Shown here in pieces: positions 1-11,304 of a stretch of 64,000 nucleotides of DNA; position 1 is the stretch's first letter, and each line of letters opens with the position of its first letter. This DNA is from Octopus vulgaris (Eukaryota), in contig OX597814.1 of NCBI GenBank assembly GCA_951406725.2, positions 140,492,001 to 140,556,000 on the forward strand, written 5' to 3'. Both the position numbers and the translations under genes were made by a program. A model generated the notes under the pieces. It had not been told where the DNA came from. It was given only the letters and a program-made list of their open reading frames with translations, and ran no database searches.

Positions 1-2
1 GA

Positions 3-228
3 TGGCCCAAAAGTAGGTTTACAGTTACTCAACTATCTCTTTCGCATTAATATATTAACAGTTTAGATCTTAATAATAAAAAAATATGAAACCATTATTC
101 TATGTTAATTTAGTTAATTTTGTCAAGCTCCCTTTTCAGTTTGTAAGATAGAAATTTAAATGTAATAAAATGTTTTAAAAGAAATTTAAAGTGTCTACGT
201 GATAACTGTAAACCTACTTTTGGGGCAT
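3..228. mobile_element. Tc1/mariner-like MITE, left end cut by the window start
   Basis: Inverted repeats ggcccaaaagtaggtttacagtt (4-26) and aactgtaaacctacttttggggc (204-226) flank an AT-rich core with no coding potential. Superfamily is inferred from TIR style. Confidence 0.6.
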
Positions 229-714
229 TGCTTTGATGGGTTTTAGTCTAATAAATTAACCTAGTGCTTCTCTTTCTTTTTATGTCTGGTGTTCTGTCAG
301 TTTCTTTTGCTGAATTTCTAAGATATATGGATGAAACAAACCAGCATTGGTTGTCAAGTGGTGGCAATCACACACACATACACGATGGGCTTCCACACAG
401 TTTCCGTCTGGCAAATTCACTCAAGTGATTGGTCAGTCAGGGATGATAGTAGAGGTCACTTGCCCAAAGTGCCATGCAGAGCTGGGTGGGTCGGTATTGT
501 GTATTTATATTGATTATGTAACATGCCATATGTACATACTTGTAGTATCAGTGAAATATGTTTAACTTGATCGAGCCTTTATCTTTTCATTGATAACAAA
601 AACATTACAACTCTATTGTGAAAGAGTCCAATATTAATGACTTTGTTATTGAATGCACACTATTTTTGACCAGTTGTTCTGCAATAATAATAATAATCCT
701 TTCTCTAAAATTTT

Positions 715-897
715 GGGTGTAGTGACTAGTCAATTACATTGACCCCTAGTACTCAACTGGTACTTAATTTATCGACCCCAAAAGGATGAAAGGTAAAGTC
801 AACCTCGGCGGAATTTAAACTCAGAAGGTGAAGATAAACGAAACACCATCAAGCATTTTGCCTGGTATGCTAATGAGTCTGCTAGCTCGCCACTTTA
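715..897 (-). mobile_element. tRNA-headed SINE family A, representative copy
   Basis: Family minus-strand consensus is gagttcaaattccgccgaggtcgactttgcctttcatcctttcggggtcgataaattaagtaccag, i.e. a Pol III B-box followed by a conserved core. Other copies at about 913-1026, 10310-10532, 10551-10755, 12268-12478, 15390-15575, 26875-27018, 31140-31350, 38390-38570, 62810-62950 (-) and 34690-34800, 46443-46640, 48480-48670, 48698-48905, 51188-51395 (+). Copies often lie next to (AAT)n. Confidence 0.85.
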
Positions 898-1317
898 ATA
901 ATAATAATAATCCTTTCTGCTATAGGCACAAGGCCTGGATTTTGTGAGGATGGGGATGGTCAGTTACATCAACCCCAGTACTCTACTGGTACTTAATTTA
1001 TCGACCCCGAAAGGATGAAAGGCAAAAGGATTAAAGGAAAAAAATTGTCTAATATGCTATAAAATATGGTAGTTTGGCTAGGTGATGATGTTTATTTGTG
1101 AACAGGACTATTCGATGGGAAAGGCATTCAGTGTTGTGTTCTTTGAAACATCTTGTTAGTTATTAATAAAAAAGGATGGTTCCTTATGATTAGGAAGAAG
1201 ATAAATTAGTAACTGTATTATCCAATGAGAATTAAGGGTGTTTTAATCTCAAATTTTGCCTCCTGTTTTAATCTCATAGATTTTCAATAATCACAACATA
1301 ATTGTTCAGGCTGTTAT

Positions 1318-1685
1318 TCTCTTTTTTCCTGTTTGTCATTTGACTGTGGCTATGCTGGAGCACCATCTTTAGTCAAGCTAAAATCGACCCTAGGACTTAT
1401 TCTTTGTATGCCTAGTACTTATTCTATCGGTCTCTTTGGTGAACCACTAGGTTACGGGGACTTAAACACATCAGCATCGGTTGTCAAGCGATGTGGAGGG
1501 GGGCAAACACACACACACACACAACAGACTTCTTTCAGTTTCTGTCTACCAAATCCACTCACAAAGCTTTTGTCGGCCCAAAGCTATAGTAGAAGACACT
1601 TGCCCAAGGTGCCATGGAGTGACACTGAACCCCAAACCATGTGGTTGGTAAGCAAGCTACTTATCACACAGCCACTCCTGTGCCT
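1318..1685 (-). mobile_element. tRNA/CORE-like SINE family B with CR1-type tail, representative copy
   Basis: Minus strand reads: head gtgtgataagtagcttgct...ggttcagtgtcac, CORE-like ggcaccttgggcaagtgtcttctactatag, internal (GT)n, tail ggtgctccagcatagccacagtcaaatgac. Related copies at about 225-480, 1735-2010, 19650-19990, 20875-21235, 21395-21757, 22715-23005, 34375-34565, 39695-39990, 54430-54740. Confidence 0.85.
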
Positions 1686-2952
1686 GCCACTCCACTGCAT
1701 TTTTAGGATGTATGTCTGTATAGTTAAGGAGTTCACTTAGAAACCACATGGCTTCAGGCTCAATTCTAGTATGCTGCACCCTTGACTGGCCAATAGCTTG
1801 TGAGTAAATTTGGTAGGTGTAAACTACACGAAAGCCCATCGTGTGTGTGTGTGTGTGTGCATTTTTGTCTCTGTTTGGTAACTGATGTTTGTTGTATTAT
1901 TGTAACAAGTACCAGACTTTAAAAAAAATAAGTACTAGGGATGATTTGATCAACCAAACCCTTCGAGGTGGTGCCCCAGCTTGGCTGCAGTTCAATGACT
2001 GAAACTGTTAAAAGTGCACATGCACATATATTTATACATACACATCTCTCTCTCTCTCTCTCAGTATGTGTGTGTGTGTATATATATATATATATCATCA
2101 TACATTTGTTTTCCATGCTACCATGGGTTGGACAGTTTGTCAGGGGCTGGCTAAGCAGAAGCCTGCACCAGTCTTCACTGTCTGTTTTGGCAGGGTTTTT
2201 ACAGCTGGATGCTCTTCCTAACACCACACACACACATACACACAGATGTCACTCAGTTTACATCGTAGATCAGTTCCATGTGTTACCATTCAAATTGGAA
2301 TTGCATAAAACAAGAGGGATATACTTTTAATGATATCATTAATAATAAAGATAAACAAAAGTCAGACAACTGTTAAAATGAAGATAATAAATAAGCTTGA
2401 TTGCTGTGTTGTGTGTGTGTGTGTGTGTTTGAGGAGGCACTATCATAATATTGGGCTTTATCTTTCGTCCAAAATAACAGAGCTATATCCATTGTTTACA
2501 TGTAATTACTACGAAAATAGGATGTATCTTTCAAAGTTATTGAATATATATTGATTAAACTGACTCTGACTTTTTTCTTTATTTATATCAAACTGTTTCG
2601 TAGTTTCTGTTGAATTCATTCATTTCTATTTTGAAGATGATTTGGTATGTTCAGTTTCATTACCAGAGAATTTCAATTTTCTTGACTTGTAAAACTATAT
2701 TTAGTTCTGAAAATATTTTAAACTATGCTGAAGTAAAACCATGCAAACCAAGTGCTGTGTAAATTGTGAGACACCTCTACATGTGTGTATTTCTCTCTCT
2801 CTCTCTTTTGTTGTGTGTGTATATATATATATATATTTAAAATATAAATTAGAGATAAAACCACTATTATGCAAAACCAAAACATAAATAACAAAATATA
2901 TTTTTATAAAGCATATAACTAGATCACAAAAAGTATAAAAATGAATAATCAA

Positions 2953-3297
2953 TCTTCTATATATATAAATGGCAAAATGTCTGTGTGTGTGTCCTTTATA
3001 CAAATCCACAATTTTTCGGTTAGAGGGCTTGCACTTTCTATGGTCATTCAAAACTGTCCAAGGGTGGTCGTGCACATCTTTACATTTCCCCAGTCACCCC
3101 GCAAAGCCATTAAAAAATCAACAGAAGTGACTTTTTTGTGAATTTTCTATCCAAAACCCAATCAAAATGCCCAAAACTTGATACGCCAATTGAATGCCAG
3201 CTAGCTGTATGTGATTGGTCGGAGATTTGGACAGTACTCGCGTGAATGTGTGCATGCACTAGCACTATGACCCGACAACGCCAGGTCATAGTGCTAG
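2953..3297 (+). mobile_element. Non-autonomous Helitron
   Basis: 5' end is a|TC followed by ttctatatatataaa and gtctgtgtgtgtgtcc. The 3' end has a hairpin and terminates CTAG|t. A|T insertion site, no TSD. Confidence 0.75.
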
Positions 3298-3815
3298 TAT
3301 ATAGTAAGTAAAGAAAACTACATATGTTTCATGGCTATAATTAAATTCAAATAACAATTAAATGTAATTGAAATGAATTCAATTTAAAATTATAGTCAAT
3401 CTTCAGGTTAAGAATAATAGTTAAATAAAAAAGCAAATATATATTTAAAACAAAATAGGGATCTGGAAAATAAAATTGTTTTGGTATTATTTATTGACCA
3501 TTACACATGTTCATTTGCTAATAGGAATCACCTATTTATAGTAGGAAGTAGCTTACATGTTTATCCAACACATACGATTTTGTGATTCTATTAGCAAATG
3601 AAACAGGTCATGGGGAATAAATAATACCACAAAAGTTTTTCAGGTTCCTCCTTTGTTATATAATAAACTCTGCAATATTTCCAGAATGTTCAACTCTAAT
3701 ATGTACCTCATGTCAGTACAACTGTGACAACTACATACTGGGTTGTAATATTGGAATAAATAAATGTATTTCAAGAGGATACAGCTTGGATTTTTCCCTA
3801 TCTACATAATGTGTG

Positions 3816-3866
<51 letters not shown>

Positions 3867-4619
3867 GCAAATTTTATAAACAAAACATTAAAAAGAGATG
3901 TTTCAGGAATTCAATCACTACTACCATCCACAGCGGGTCACTTTCGGGGTAGTTGACCATTCAACATACTACTGTCATGGCACTCCCGCATTTTCTTTTT
4001 CTTCTCCTCCTCCCCTTCTTCCTTACCAAGAATTCACAACGACCTCGAACCCACAAGAGTAAACAAGAGAGAGAGAGAAACAGGCAGAAACAAGGAAAAT
4101 GTCACTTGTATTTGAACACTATGCAAATATTCTTTTAAAAAACTTTTAAAAATTTTTTTCCAAAATTTAATTGTTTTCCATACTTAAAGTTGAAAAAGTC
4201 TCAATGACTGAAACTGGTACTGAAATGTTTTTTATAAAATTATTTTAGCATTTTCAATCTTGACTTTTTTTCCATATATATATGAGAGGTTTTGATATTG
4301 AGAGGAGGCCATAGAAATTTCACACTGCCTTGGTTTTGTTGCCTTATTTTATTCAAAAACACACACAGACCACTTATATATATCATCAGTGTATCATATA
4401 TCCAAAAAAGAAATACACTTTAAAGCAGAGAGCAGTATGTATTTATATGCAATTAAGTCTATGTCCAGTCATAGAGTGATCAATGGTTTTGCATTCATAA
4501 AAGGTTTAGCCCCATGCACAACAGTCAGATTCTAAAACCGAAGGCATATAATTCTTCTACTCTGAGAGCTCCTAAAGTTCTAGCTAATTATTTATGATGT
4601 CTGAAGAAGTACATCATAT

Positions 4620-5772
4620 GTCTACCTTGACTTTGCTAAGGCTTTCAACTCTGTGCCACACAAAAGGCTTATGGTGAAACTCTCTGCAATGGGTGTGGGG
4701 GATGACCTTTTTAACTGGTTGAAATCCTTCATCCTCAGCCGAAAGGAGGTAGTCACAGTTCTAGGACAGCACTCTACACCATATGAGATGTCATCGGGTG
4801 TACCACAGGGATCTGTCCTTGGTCCCCTCTTGTTTGTGGCATACATTAACGACATAGATGCCAATTTAAAGAATGCCACAGTATTGAAATATGCAGACGA
4901 CATCAAGCTGTACCTTGAAATCAAGAGGACAGATCCTGATGTCTACAACTCTTTCCTGCAATCAGACCTAGACACAATGCAGCAATGGATCACAGACTGG
5001 CAACTGAAACTGGCTGTGGACAAGTGTACCACCATGCATTTTGGGAGAAAAACCCTGCGTTCACTTACTCCCTCCACAACACTGATATCAAGAAATCCTC
5101 TTGCGAGCGTGACCTAGGCATCACTGTCAGCAGTGATTTGCGTTGGTCAAAGCATATCTCTAAGATTGTCAGGAAGGCCGAGGGTGTCTTGGCATCACTC
5201 AGCAGGTCTTTTGTTAGCCGCTCTCCAGCCATCTATTTAAAACTGTATACAGCTATGGTACGACCACACTTGGAATTCGCATCATCAGTTTGGAACCCCT
5301 ATCTTGCACAGAACATTGACCTCCTGGAATCTGTCCAGAGACGTGCAACCAAACGCATACCCTCCATCAGACACCTACCATATTCTGAGCGCCTTGTTTC
5401 CCTGGGCATGGATTCACTGAAGCTCCGGCGTTTGGCGACGGACTTGGTAAACACCCACAAAGTTATCAACCACCTCACCAACAACAACACTGAACACCTT
5501 TTTGATCTCCATGTGTCTAACACACGTGGACATGCCTACAAAGTCAGAAAACAATACAGCTCCCATGACTTTCGGAAACATTTTTTCACGCTCAGAGTTG
5601 CTGAAGCATGGAATAAACTGCCTGCGTCAGTTGTTGACTGCCATGACACTGCATCTTTTAAGGCCCTCATGCTTTCCGAAATCCGCCGAAACTACACCTG
5701 ATTATATATACACTTTAGATGAGTTGTAGTGCACCTGAGCACTGTACACAATTATTATTATTATTATTATTT
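4620..5772 (+). mobile_element. 5'-truncated CR1-like LINE (RT and C-terminal region, one frameshift near 5045)
   Basis: Encodes YLDFAKAFNSVPH, GVPQGSVLGPLLF and YADDIKL (ORF 4653-5117). Continues in ORF 4985-5701 with ERDLGI, YTAMVRPHLEFASSVWNP, LESVQRRATK and FFTLRVAEAWNKLP. Ends in an (ATT)n tail at 5751-5772. Confidence 0.92.
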
Positions 5773-6014
5773 TATATTCTTTAAGCAATATGAGAAAACA
5801 ATAAAAGTAGACAGTATGGGAAAGAGAGGGCTGGAAATAAAAATACTGAGATAACAGCTTACTAGATTAGACTTGATTGCTGTTCAAAGGTAGATTTCAG
5901 TTGCAACATATTCATGCAACTACTTGCAGCTGTAATTCTGTTCAATATATGTATAATTGGATTAAATCTTGGCCTGGGGCTCTTTCTCTCCCTCTCATCT
6001 ACAATAGGTTTATG

Positions 6015-6368
6015 CATGGCTGTGTGGTTAAGAATCTTGCTTTGAAACCAAGTGGTTTTGGGTTCAACACCTTGAGCAAATGTCTTCTACTATAGCCCCA
6101 GGCTGACAAGAGCCTTGGGAGTGAATTTAGTAGACAGAAACTGAAAGAAACCTCTTATGTGTATGTGTGTGTATGTGTGCATATCTATATATGTGTGTCT
6201 ATTTGTGTGTAGTTTTGTCTTGACATCTAAACGACCATGTTGTTTCGGGGAATATTACTTTTTTTCGGGAAGTGAGAGTTGGTGACAGGAAGTGCATCCA
6301 ACTGTTGGAAATCTACAACTTCCATCTGACTCATGTAAGCTTAGAAATAAATGTGTTAAATGATGATG
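6015..6368 (+). mobile_element. SINE family B head with the alternative RTE-type tail
   Basis: Family B head and core, then (GT)n, then gttggtgacaggaagtgcatcc...ctgactcatgtaagc...gttaaatgatgatgat. Same type at about 33350-33752, 34950-35350, 36165-36565, 52215-52582, 62055-62320. Confidence 0.7.
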
Positions 6369-6647
6369 ATAATAGCTAAAGGAGATACTTACATTACTAA
6401 TATCCCCAGTGGGAACTTGGAAAAATCAATGAAGCAGTATATATATAATAATATTTGCTGATAACCCAAATCAATAAGGTCAGAACTGTTATCAGTTCAA
6501 TATGATTATCACTGGAAAGTACATTTTATATAGCCTACAGTTGGTAAGAGCATTACTGCATGTGGTTTTAGAAATAATGGGTCTTTTTCAAATCCAGTTT
6601 GGGACCTTGTGCATATCCAGGATGATGAACTGAACCATTCAGAACAA

Positions 6648-6725
6648 AGGGTGTGTGTGTGTATGTGATATCACATTTATAAACATGTGCATATGTGTGT
6701 GTGTGTATGTATGTATGTATGTATG

Positions 6726-6810
<85 letters not shown>
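6648..6810. repeat. Compound microsatellite (GT)n-(GTAT)n-(TA)n-(CA)n
   Basis: Seen directly. It explains the spurious CV- and TH-repeat ORFs here. Confidence 0.95.
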
Positions 6811-6813
<3 letters not shown>

Positions 6814-7189
6814 AACCTTAGAGTACAAGTGCACTATTGTACGAGTAATTTGCTTTATGAGCCGCAACTCATGCGAATTTTTGTTTTGAAGTATGAATGA
6901 AAATCCACAGTACAAGAACACAAATTGTCCCATATTTAAGGTAATTCAGTTAATAAAACCTGTTTACATATTTCTTTTGCATTCCCTTTTCTATAATTGT
7001 CATTTTACTTGTAACTACACCTTTTCTATTTTAAAACCCATCAAACATTTTTGAGTGGTTTTTGGAGACTGGAACTAGATTAATTGTATTTTAGTTAATT
7101 TCAATGTGGAAAATCGATTTGTAAAATGAGTAAATTGTAAGATGGGCTCAACAGGGAACGAATTAAACTCGTACTGCAAGGTATCACTG
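6808..7189. mobile_element. pogo/Tigger-like MITE
   Basis: Degenerate TIRs cactagaacctt and aaggtatcactg followed by TA. Subterminal gtacgagt and actcgtac are inverted. Confidence 0.55.
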
Positions 7190-7192
7190 TAT

Positions 7193-7223
<31 letters not shown>

Positions 7224-7377
7224 AATTTATATATTTATATATATATATATATATTACATTATATGTAAACAGACATAAGCTGGTTTTTGAAGTGTTGAAA
7301 TGTATTGTAGAACAAGTAGATACATTTTTCCAACCTGTAAATACTGAACAGTATATATATATATATATATATATATA

Positions 7378-8013
7378 TACTACAAAATTAGAGAATGGAG
7401 AAACATACTTAAATCAATAAAACATCAACTATCCGATGATACTCAATCCATACTTTAATACACCATTACATAGGAGTAAAGGCAATATATAAAATGAAAT
7501 GAGATATACAGTAATAGTAAAAGTAAAAGATAAAGAGATATAAGTAAAAATTACAAATACAATATGCAAATAAATCAAAACTGACAGCTGTTTCGGCAGT
7601 GAGGACAGTCATACCTCATTTAACCTGACTGTCCTCACTGCCAAACAGCTGTCAGTTTTGATTTATTTGCATATTGTATTTGTAATTTTTACTTATATCT
7701 CTTTATCTTTTTACTTTTACTATTACTGTATATCTCATTTCATTTTATATATTGCCTTTATATAATGGTGTATAAATATAGTATCATATAGTTGATGTTT
7801 TATTGATTTAAGTATGTTTCTCCATTCTCTAATTTTGTAGTATTAATTTACGGTAATATTATTACCCTTACCCATTTAATACAATAGATGAACTGATTGC
7901 TTGACAATTTCTAACATCTATGTATTAATTTTGTTGGGTACCTATCTAGCAGTATATTGGATATATATTATCCCATGGTGGGTTGAATTTTCAACCCCTA
8001 TCTCATTTTATAA

Positions 8014-8016
<3 letters not shown>
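7378..8016. mobile_element. Penelope-like terminal fragment with a long fold-back, inserted in (TA)n
   Basis: Arms 7378-7610 and 7626-7842 are near-perfect reverse complements around a ~15-nt loop. Contains a ccgaaacagctgtc motif like PLE termini. Flanked on both sides by (TA)n. The palindrome is seen directly; the PLE assignment is inferred. Confidence 0.6.
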
Positions 8017-8057
<41 letters not shown>

Positions 8058-8234
8058 GGATAAAATCCTTTTAAGAGCAGGAAAGTTTGTCAGCAACCAG
8101 CCATGAGGGTCAAACTCACACCCCTTGAATATCCGTTCCGAGTGCTCTACCTTTAAGTTCTTAAAAGGATTTTATCCTTTATATATACTGTTCAGTATTT
8201 ACGGGTTGGAAAAATATATCTTTCTACTTTTTCT

Positions 8235-9915
8235 GTACTTTCAGCTCAGAACTGTGGCCATGCTGATGCACTACCGTTTTGCTACAGTGTTATTACTGAG
8301 TGCCTCCTCCAATATGTCACACTTGGTGAAGAATGGAGTTCATTTGCACCTCTTGCCTTGATGTAGGTTCATTTGGGACTCTCGACAGGAAGAGGTCCAG
8401 CTTTGATTTAAAAACGCCTACATCTACTTTGTGCAGGTTCCTCAGGCTCTTTGGAAGAATATTAAAAAGCTGTGAGCCCTTGAAATCCAGGCTGTTGCAG
8501 TAACTGCTCCTGAAGCGTGATGGCTTTGCTGGGATCTTTGGCACTATGGAGTGTCATCCCGTTCTGGCATTGGTGTAGCTTTCAATGCTAAAATGTGGCA
8601 CAATTCCTTCCAGGATCTTCCAGATGTATATTACTGCATACCTCTCCTGCCTTCTCTCCAGGGAGTGGAGTCTTAGCTGTTTCAGCCTTTCCCAGTAGCT
8701 CAGCAGTTGCAAAGGGACGATCTTTTTTGTGAATCTTCTCTAGATTGCTTCAAGGTACGCTATTAATTTCACACTGTTGGGTGACCATAGCTGTGAGCAG
8801 TAATCCAGGTGGCTGAGGACAAATGTCCTCCAAAGGACCATCAGAGAACCATTCTCTGGTTCTGAATGTTCTCGGGATCCATCCAGCCAGTTGTCTGCAT
8901 TTTGTTGTCATCCTGGTAATGTGCACTTGGAAAGAGGTATCATCACTCGTGTCGATACCCAGGTCCCTCACTGATTTAAGCTCTGGGATTGAAATTCTCT
9001 GTGGACCAGTGTACCCTGTAAGTTTCATATTCAGTTTTGGGTGCTGGTAGCACAGGGCTTGGAATTTTCAGCATTAAACTGCATATTATTATCCTCAGCC
9101 ATCTGTGAATTGAGTCCAACTCCTGCTGCAGATGTGCAACATCGCTAGGGTTCTGTATTTTCTGCAAGACTTTCGTATCGTCTGCGTAGCTTGCAAAGGT
9201 GGCTATCGGGGTTCTTGAGGGCATATCTATAAAAAGCAGTGGTCCCAATACAGTGCCTTGTGGAACACTGCTCACAATTTGTGTTTTCATATAGTTGGCT
9301 CCATTAGCCACTACTGCCTGACTTCTATCTTTCAGAAAGTCATGTAACCACTCTCCAAGTTTTCCAGCTATGCCAAGATCACGCAGTTTGTGGCATATCA
9401 TACCATGATCTACCTTGTCAAAAGCTTTTGCAAAATCAAGGTATATTACGTCCACATTTGAGTTGTTGAGTAACTGCCTCAACACCCAGTCATCCATGAC
9501 TTTGCTGATGTGTGAAGTCAGAGAGATAGGCCTATAGTTTTTGGCAGTCTACCATTTGCAAGAAAGCTCTGAAAGAGAACCTGAAGGGGTTTTGCCAGGG
9601 CATGCTTACACGATTTGAAGAGGATTGCTGGGAAACCATCAGGACCAGCAGTTGAGTTTGTGTCCACTTCATCTATGGCTAATAGTACATCTTCTTTGCT
9701 TATGTCGATGTATTCCATTGTAACTGCTTCGCTGGTTATAGGTGAGGCGGCAAAGAAGTCCACTGGTTCGTTCACTTGTCTGTGTTACAACAGGGTGATA
9801 AAAACACTTTTGAACTGGTCATTCAGTACCTCACTGATCCTAGTTGGACTGTCTGTGAGGGAGCCATCCTTTTGGAAGAAGGGTCCTATCTTGCAGCGTA
9901 CTGAGGCTGTTTCTT
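8235..9915 (-). mobile_element. Degraded CR1-like LINE
   Basis: Minus-strand fragments DTNSTAGPDGFPAILFKSC, VDVIYLDFAKAFDKVDH, VPQGTVLGPLLF, YADDTK, SVRDLGI and LFNILPKSLRN...FKSKLDLFL. Multiple frameshifts and deletions. Confidence 0.9.
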
Positions 9916-11304
9916 TCACGTTTGGGTCTCACATCAGTGAGAGGTGCTGGTGTGCTTAAACAGTATGCTTTCTCTCTCAGTGACCCCTGAAACCTACTGG
10001 TATCTGGTATGAGAAGCTTTCCATTGACAGCACTTACACAAGTAAATTTGCAAGTCTCCCAAAACAGACATAGGAGTTCAACACAATCCTCTGTTATGTT
10101 GGAGCCTGCCTAATACTGCAATCTATACCAGCATGGAAGATGGATGTTAAATAATGATGATGATTATAGTAAATTTACACTCTAAAGACAAGGTTAATTG
10201 TTTGAAAAGATTATAAGCATCTTAATAAACAGCCATATTGTACATTTTTGACTTTTACCATTAATGTTCCATTATCATTCAAGGGACAAATGTAGATTAC
10301 TGAAGAATAGATATTGGTTTCAAATTTTAGCAGAAGGCCAGCTATTTCAGGGGAGGGGATAAATTGATTACATCCAACCTCAGTGCTCAATTGGTACATA
10401 TATTATTGACCCCAAAAGAATGAAAGGCAAAGTCGACCTCGGTGGAAATTGAACTCAGAATGTAAAGATAGATGAAATGCTGCTAAGCATTTTGTCTGGT
10501 GTGCTAGCAATTCTGCCAAGCTCACCACCTTAGACTGAAGAATAAGTATTCTTTTCTACTCTAGGCAAAAGGCCCAAAAATTTGGGTGAGGGAGCTAGTT
10601 GATTAAATCGACCCCAGTATGCAACTGATACTTAAATTATCGACCCCAAAAGGATGAAGAGCAAAGTCGACCTCGGCAGAATTTGAAATCAAAACGTGAA
10701 GACAGATGAAACACCGTTAATCACTTCACCCAGCTTGTTAACGTTTGTGCTGCCTTACTGAAGAATAAATATTAATTTTATTCGTGTCCTTTTTTTTTTG
10801 ATTCCTAATAAATGAAAATCACTCTCAAAACTATTCATTTAGTTCAATTATGATGATCAGATTACATTACATTTATAAATTATCCACCTACAAGTAGATA
10901 TCTATGAGTGAAACAAATTTATTCTGTAAAAGTGTCAGTAATAATATATTGCTAAACGAAAAAAATCACTTGCTTTGCAATATGATTTATTAAAATATTT
11001 CATAGTTGATTATATGGTAATTTGTTAAATAGTACTGTCTTACAGTTAGAATATATTTTAATAATTACTAGCATACCACATTGCAGTGTCAGTATGAGGG
11101 ATGGGGTGGTGAGATAATATTAGCAATAATACTTGTCTTTTTACGTGTTTCAGTCATTGGACTGTGGCCATGCTGGTGCATTGCCTTGAAGGATCTAATT
11201 GAACAAGTCAACTCCAGTATTTATTTTTTTTTTAAGTATTCTGTAAGTCTCTTTTTTTTCATACTGCTAAGTTATGTGGACATCAACAAATCATTATTTA
11301 CAGT

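Noticed and set aside
4985-5701. Longest ORF as a host gene or retron-like RT system
   Set aside because: It is the frameshifted C-terminal part of a CR1-like LINE with a simple-repeat tail.
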